Below are positions 61,477 through 64,000 of a stretch of DNA of 64,000 bases, piece after piece. The position numbers and the translations under genes are program-made. This DNA comes from a virus, in IMG/VR virus record IMGVR_UViG_3300049436_000052, positions 1 to 64,000 of that record; one strand, 5' to 3'. Below the pieces are notes generated by a model. The model was not told where the DNA came from and ran no database searches. It saw nothing but the letters and a program-made list of their open reading frames with translations. Every line of letters starts with the position of its first letter. The first letter of the stretch is position 1.

Positions 61477-63580
61477 ATGTTAAAATACCTAATAAATAAA
61501 GATACTCAACACAATCGGAAGCACCCCAACCCTTGTAGAAATAAACATAAGGATCGTAACTACTTGATACATAATTTCCATTAACTTTACCACCATTTAT
61601 TGGTGAATTTGCTTGTGGCCATGTAGATGGTTTATTTGATCCACCATGATAATTATTTAAAGTAATATTTAATAAATCTTCATTTGTAAATCCCCTTTTA
61701 CTAAGTTTTCTCATATTAATTATATCACTCACAGGAACTTCAATAAAATCCGTCCAATGTAAATCAGATCTGGCAAACCACTTGGTATTATAATCACCAG
61801 CAGCAATTTCTTGTAAATTATCTATTGTAAAATACCCATTAAAGGTTGTGTTTCCCGGATTTTGTTTTGTAAAGTTATCACTTGTTCTTACATATCTCAC
61901 ATTACTATAACCCTGATCAATATATCCAATTTGTGGTAAGTAAACAGATAAATTTAACCAGTTTGCACCAAATAATTTAGTTACATATGCATTATTAGTT
62001 ATATTACTTGGAAATTGATAATCGGCATTGTTATAGTCACTATATGTATCTGTTGCAATTATCCCAACATTCCAAAAAGGATCATCAACCCCATCATTTA
62101 CAATACTTCCTTTATAAAACCCAACAGTAAGATTTTGTTCATTATCGTCATCTTGGTGATTGAAAGATAAACCATGAAATCTTGATATACTATAAAACTT
62201 TCCTGCTTCAAATGTATAATGCTGTTTTCTCCACTGATCACTAAAAACACTATCATTTTCTGTAAATAATGCAGTAAAACTTTGATCCTGATTAGCATAT
62301 TGTGGAAATTTTAATTTATAACGTATTGGTCTAACAACACTATTTTGTCCTAAAGTTCCTGTCCAATTCATTGGAATGTCGTCAACTGTAAACTCTAAAG
62401 TCACAAATCCCCTAAATTTAGTAAATATTCCAGATGTTGAAGAATCATCAACAGGAACTTTATTTCCAAAATCATCTGTAACTACTTTACCCCTATTACA
62501 ATTAATAATAAAAACAAAATCACCATCTCTTTTATAAACAGAATATTCACTAGGATCTAATAATAACATTTTAGTTCTAGGATCTGCACCAGCATTAATT
62601 TCAGAATCACTAACATTTGTTGGATAATAATAAACCTTTTCAGTTATTTTACCAATTCTTTTTGAATAAATTCCAATTGTATTATTTGCATCTGTTCTGG
62701 CTCTAAACAATTCTCTTATTCGGGGATCACCACCCGCAAAATCATCACCAAACATAGATCCATCACCATCTGTGAATGCACTTCCAAAAATTATAAATGT
62801 ATTAACCAATGTACTTCTAATTCTAAAATTTTGTTTAGTAATCCCAATTTCGAAATTTTCTTTATCTCCCCAAAATGGAATAATATCAACAGTTACTTCT
62901 TGTGTTTCAATATGTGGTAAATCGTTTAAATCTGTACTTGGTTTTATTTTAGTATTATTTTCCATAAAAAGATTTGGAGAATATCCCAAATTTGTTACCA
63001 TTGATGCTGGTGTCATACTATATTCACCAATATCTGTAATGTCAACACTCATATGTATTGTTTGTGTGCCAATTGGAACACCAAAAATCATATAATCACC
63101 AGAATTATTAGTAATAGCAGTATGTTTATAATATTTCTTATAAACAGTTAAAAATTTTTGATTCGCAATTACCTCTTCTTTAATTGGAAATGATCCAAAT
63201 GGTTGTTTCGGTGAAGATTGTCCAGTTGCTGGATCTATTTTACCAACCCTAGGTAGTAAATTATACCTCTTTCCTTCTGCATTTTTGTCTCTAGGAGTCT
63301 TATAAGGATAGATTGAGTATATCTGTCCATTTTGAGCATCTTCGTCCGTTAGAGGGATGAAAACACTTATTTTTGCGTTTGGAATACCGACTCCACCATT
63401 TGCAATTACTCTACCTACCAAAACACCATAATCTGCATTAAAATTCTGATAAACATCAGTAGTGTTGATATTCATACTTAAAAATTCAATTGTGTCAACA
63501 TTTTCTTCTAATCGTACTTTTAAATATTTATCGTTATTAATATTATCATTATTTAATTCGATTCGCTGAGATCTATTCAT
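61475..63580 (-). CDS. Putative baseplate/virion structural protein
   Basis: 701 aa; beta-sandwich-like GVLVGRV...GIPNAKISVF and TNNSGDYMIFGVP segments; late motif at 63596-63603. Confidence 0.55.
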   Translation of the reverse strand: MNRSQRIELNNDNINNDKYLKVRLEENVDTIEFLSMNINTTDVYQNFNADYGVLVGRVIANGGVGIPNAKISVFIPLTDEDAQNGQIYSIYPYKTPRDKNAEGKRYNLLPRVGKIDPATGQSSPKQPFGSFPIKEEVIANQKFLTVYKKYYKHTAITNNSGDYMIFGVPIGTQTIHMSVDITDIGEYSMTPASMVTNLGYSPNLFMENNTKIKPSTDLNDLPHIETQEVTVDIIPFWGDKENFEIGITKQNFRIRSTLVNTFIIFGSAFTDGDGSMFGDDFAGGDPRIRELFRARTDANNTIGIYSKRIGKITEKVYYYPTNVSDSEINAGADPRTKMLLLDPSEYSVYKRDGDFVFIINCNRGKVVTDDFGNKVPVDDSSTSGIFTKFRGFVTLEFTVDDIPMNWTGTLGQNSVVRPIRYKLKFPQYANQDQSFTALFTENDSVFSDQWRKQHYTFEAGKFYSISRFHGLSFNHQDDDNEQNLTVGFYKGSIVNDGVDDPFWNVGIIATDTYSDYNNADYQFPSNITNNAYVTKLFGANWLNLSVYLPQIGYIDQGYSNVRYVRTSDNFTKQNPGNTTFNGYFTIDNLQEIAAGDYNTKWFARSDLHWTDFIEVPVSDIINMRKLSKRGFTNEDLLNITLNNYHGGSNKPSTWPQANSPINGGKVNGNYVSSSYDPYVYFYKGWGASDCVEYLYLLGILT

Positions 63581-63828
63581 TTAAAACTTTTTTTTATAAA
63601 TACTAAAAATATTTTTCACTAAAATTTTTCAAAATTAAAGAAAATTTAGAACAAAAAAATCAAAATTTAAGAAAATTTTAATCTAAAAATATGAAATTTA
63701 TTAAAATTTAAAAATTTGACCACTTTTTAAGATTCTGTGAATATTGAAATTAATCAACTTTTGGATTTATTTTTAGTATTTATGAAAAACAAAAAAATAA
63801 TTTTAAAAAATAAATAATAAAAATAAAC

Positions 63829-64000
63829 ATGGCAGATTTCGTATTTACCTCTCCAGGTGTTAAGTTCCGTGAACGTGACATTTCTTTTGTGAGCAGATCC
63901 CTTAGTATCACCACTTTGGGGGTTGTTGGAGAAACTTTAAAAGGTCCTGCTTTTGAACCTATTTATGTTCAAGATAAAACCGAATTTGAACAAAGATTCG
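63829..64000 (+). CDS. gp18: Tail sheath protein (T4 gp18-like), 5' part; not in the ORF track
   Basis: MADFVFTSPGVKFRERDISF...GVVGETLKGPAFEP...EFEQRF; late motif at 63776-63783. Confidence 0.9.
   Translation, partial: MADFVFTSPGVKFRERDISFVSRSLSITTLGVVGETLKGPAFEPIYVQDKTEFEQRF

Noticed and set aside
63601-63720. Low-complexity aaaattt repeats as a replication origin
   Set aside because: Irregular A/T tracts between divergent late promoters with no defined iteron; cannot be supported
1-64000. Genome-wide alternative genetic code (TAG or TGA reassigned)
   Set aside because: Long conserved genes are intact under code 11, and the MCP, neck and lipoprotein genes end plausibly at TAG; only isolated cases were kept as a finding
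1-64000. CRISPR array, canonical tRNA or rRNA genes
   Set aside because: No regularly spaced repeats, no rRNA-like segment and no standard cloverleaf with a TTCRA loop were seen

Overview
Very AT-rich segment of a large T4-like (myovirus) phage genome, most likely infecting Bacteroidetes because TAnnTTTG promoters are present. It holds the head, packaging and neck module: large terminase, portal, prohead protease, scaffold, major capsid protein, gp13/gp14/gp15-like genes, the start of the tail sheath, and several tail/baseplate-like genes. These alternate with minus-strand islands of small accessory genes, including an RNA ligase, a DHH phosphoesterase, methyltransferases, a TAGT-like glycosyltransferase and about 20 apparently related microproteins. 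Four inteins sit in three head genes. Three promoter classes can be read from the sequence: host-type TAnnTTTG, a bipartite AACA-N15-CGTATAATATA, and late [G/C]TATTTAT. The most unusual signals are: scaffold/core proteins that look like protease-processed polyproteins carrying cargo domains; a dispersed microprotein family with repeats at gene junctions; an enlarged tRNA-like cloverleaf upstream of the RNA ligase; and isolated in-frame TAG codons. All calls come from reading motifs by eye; no database search was run.
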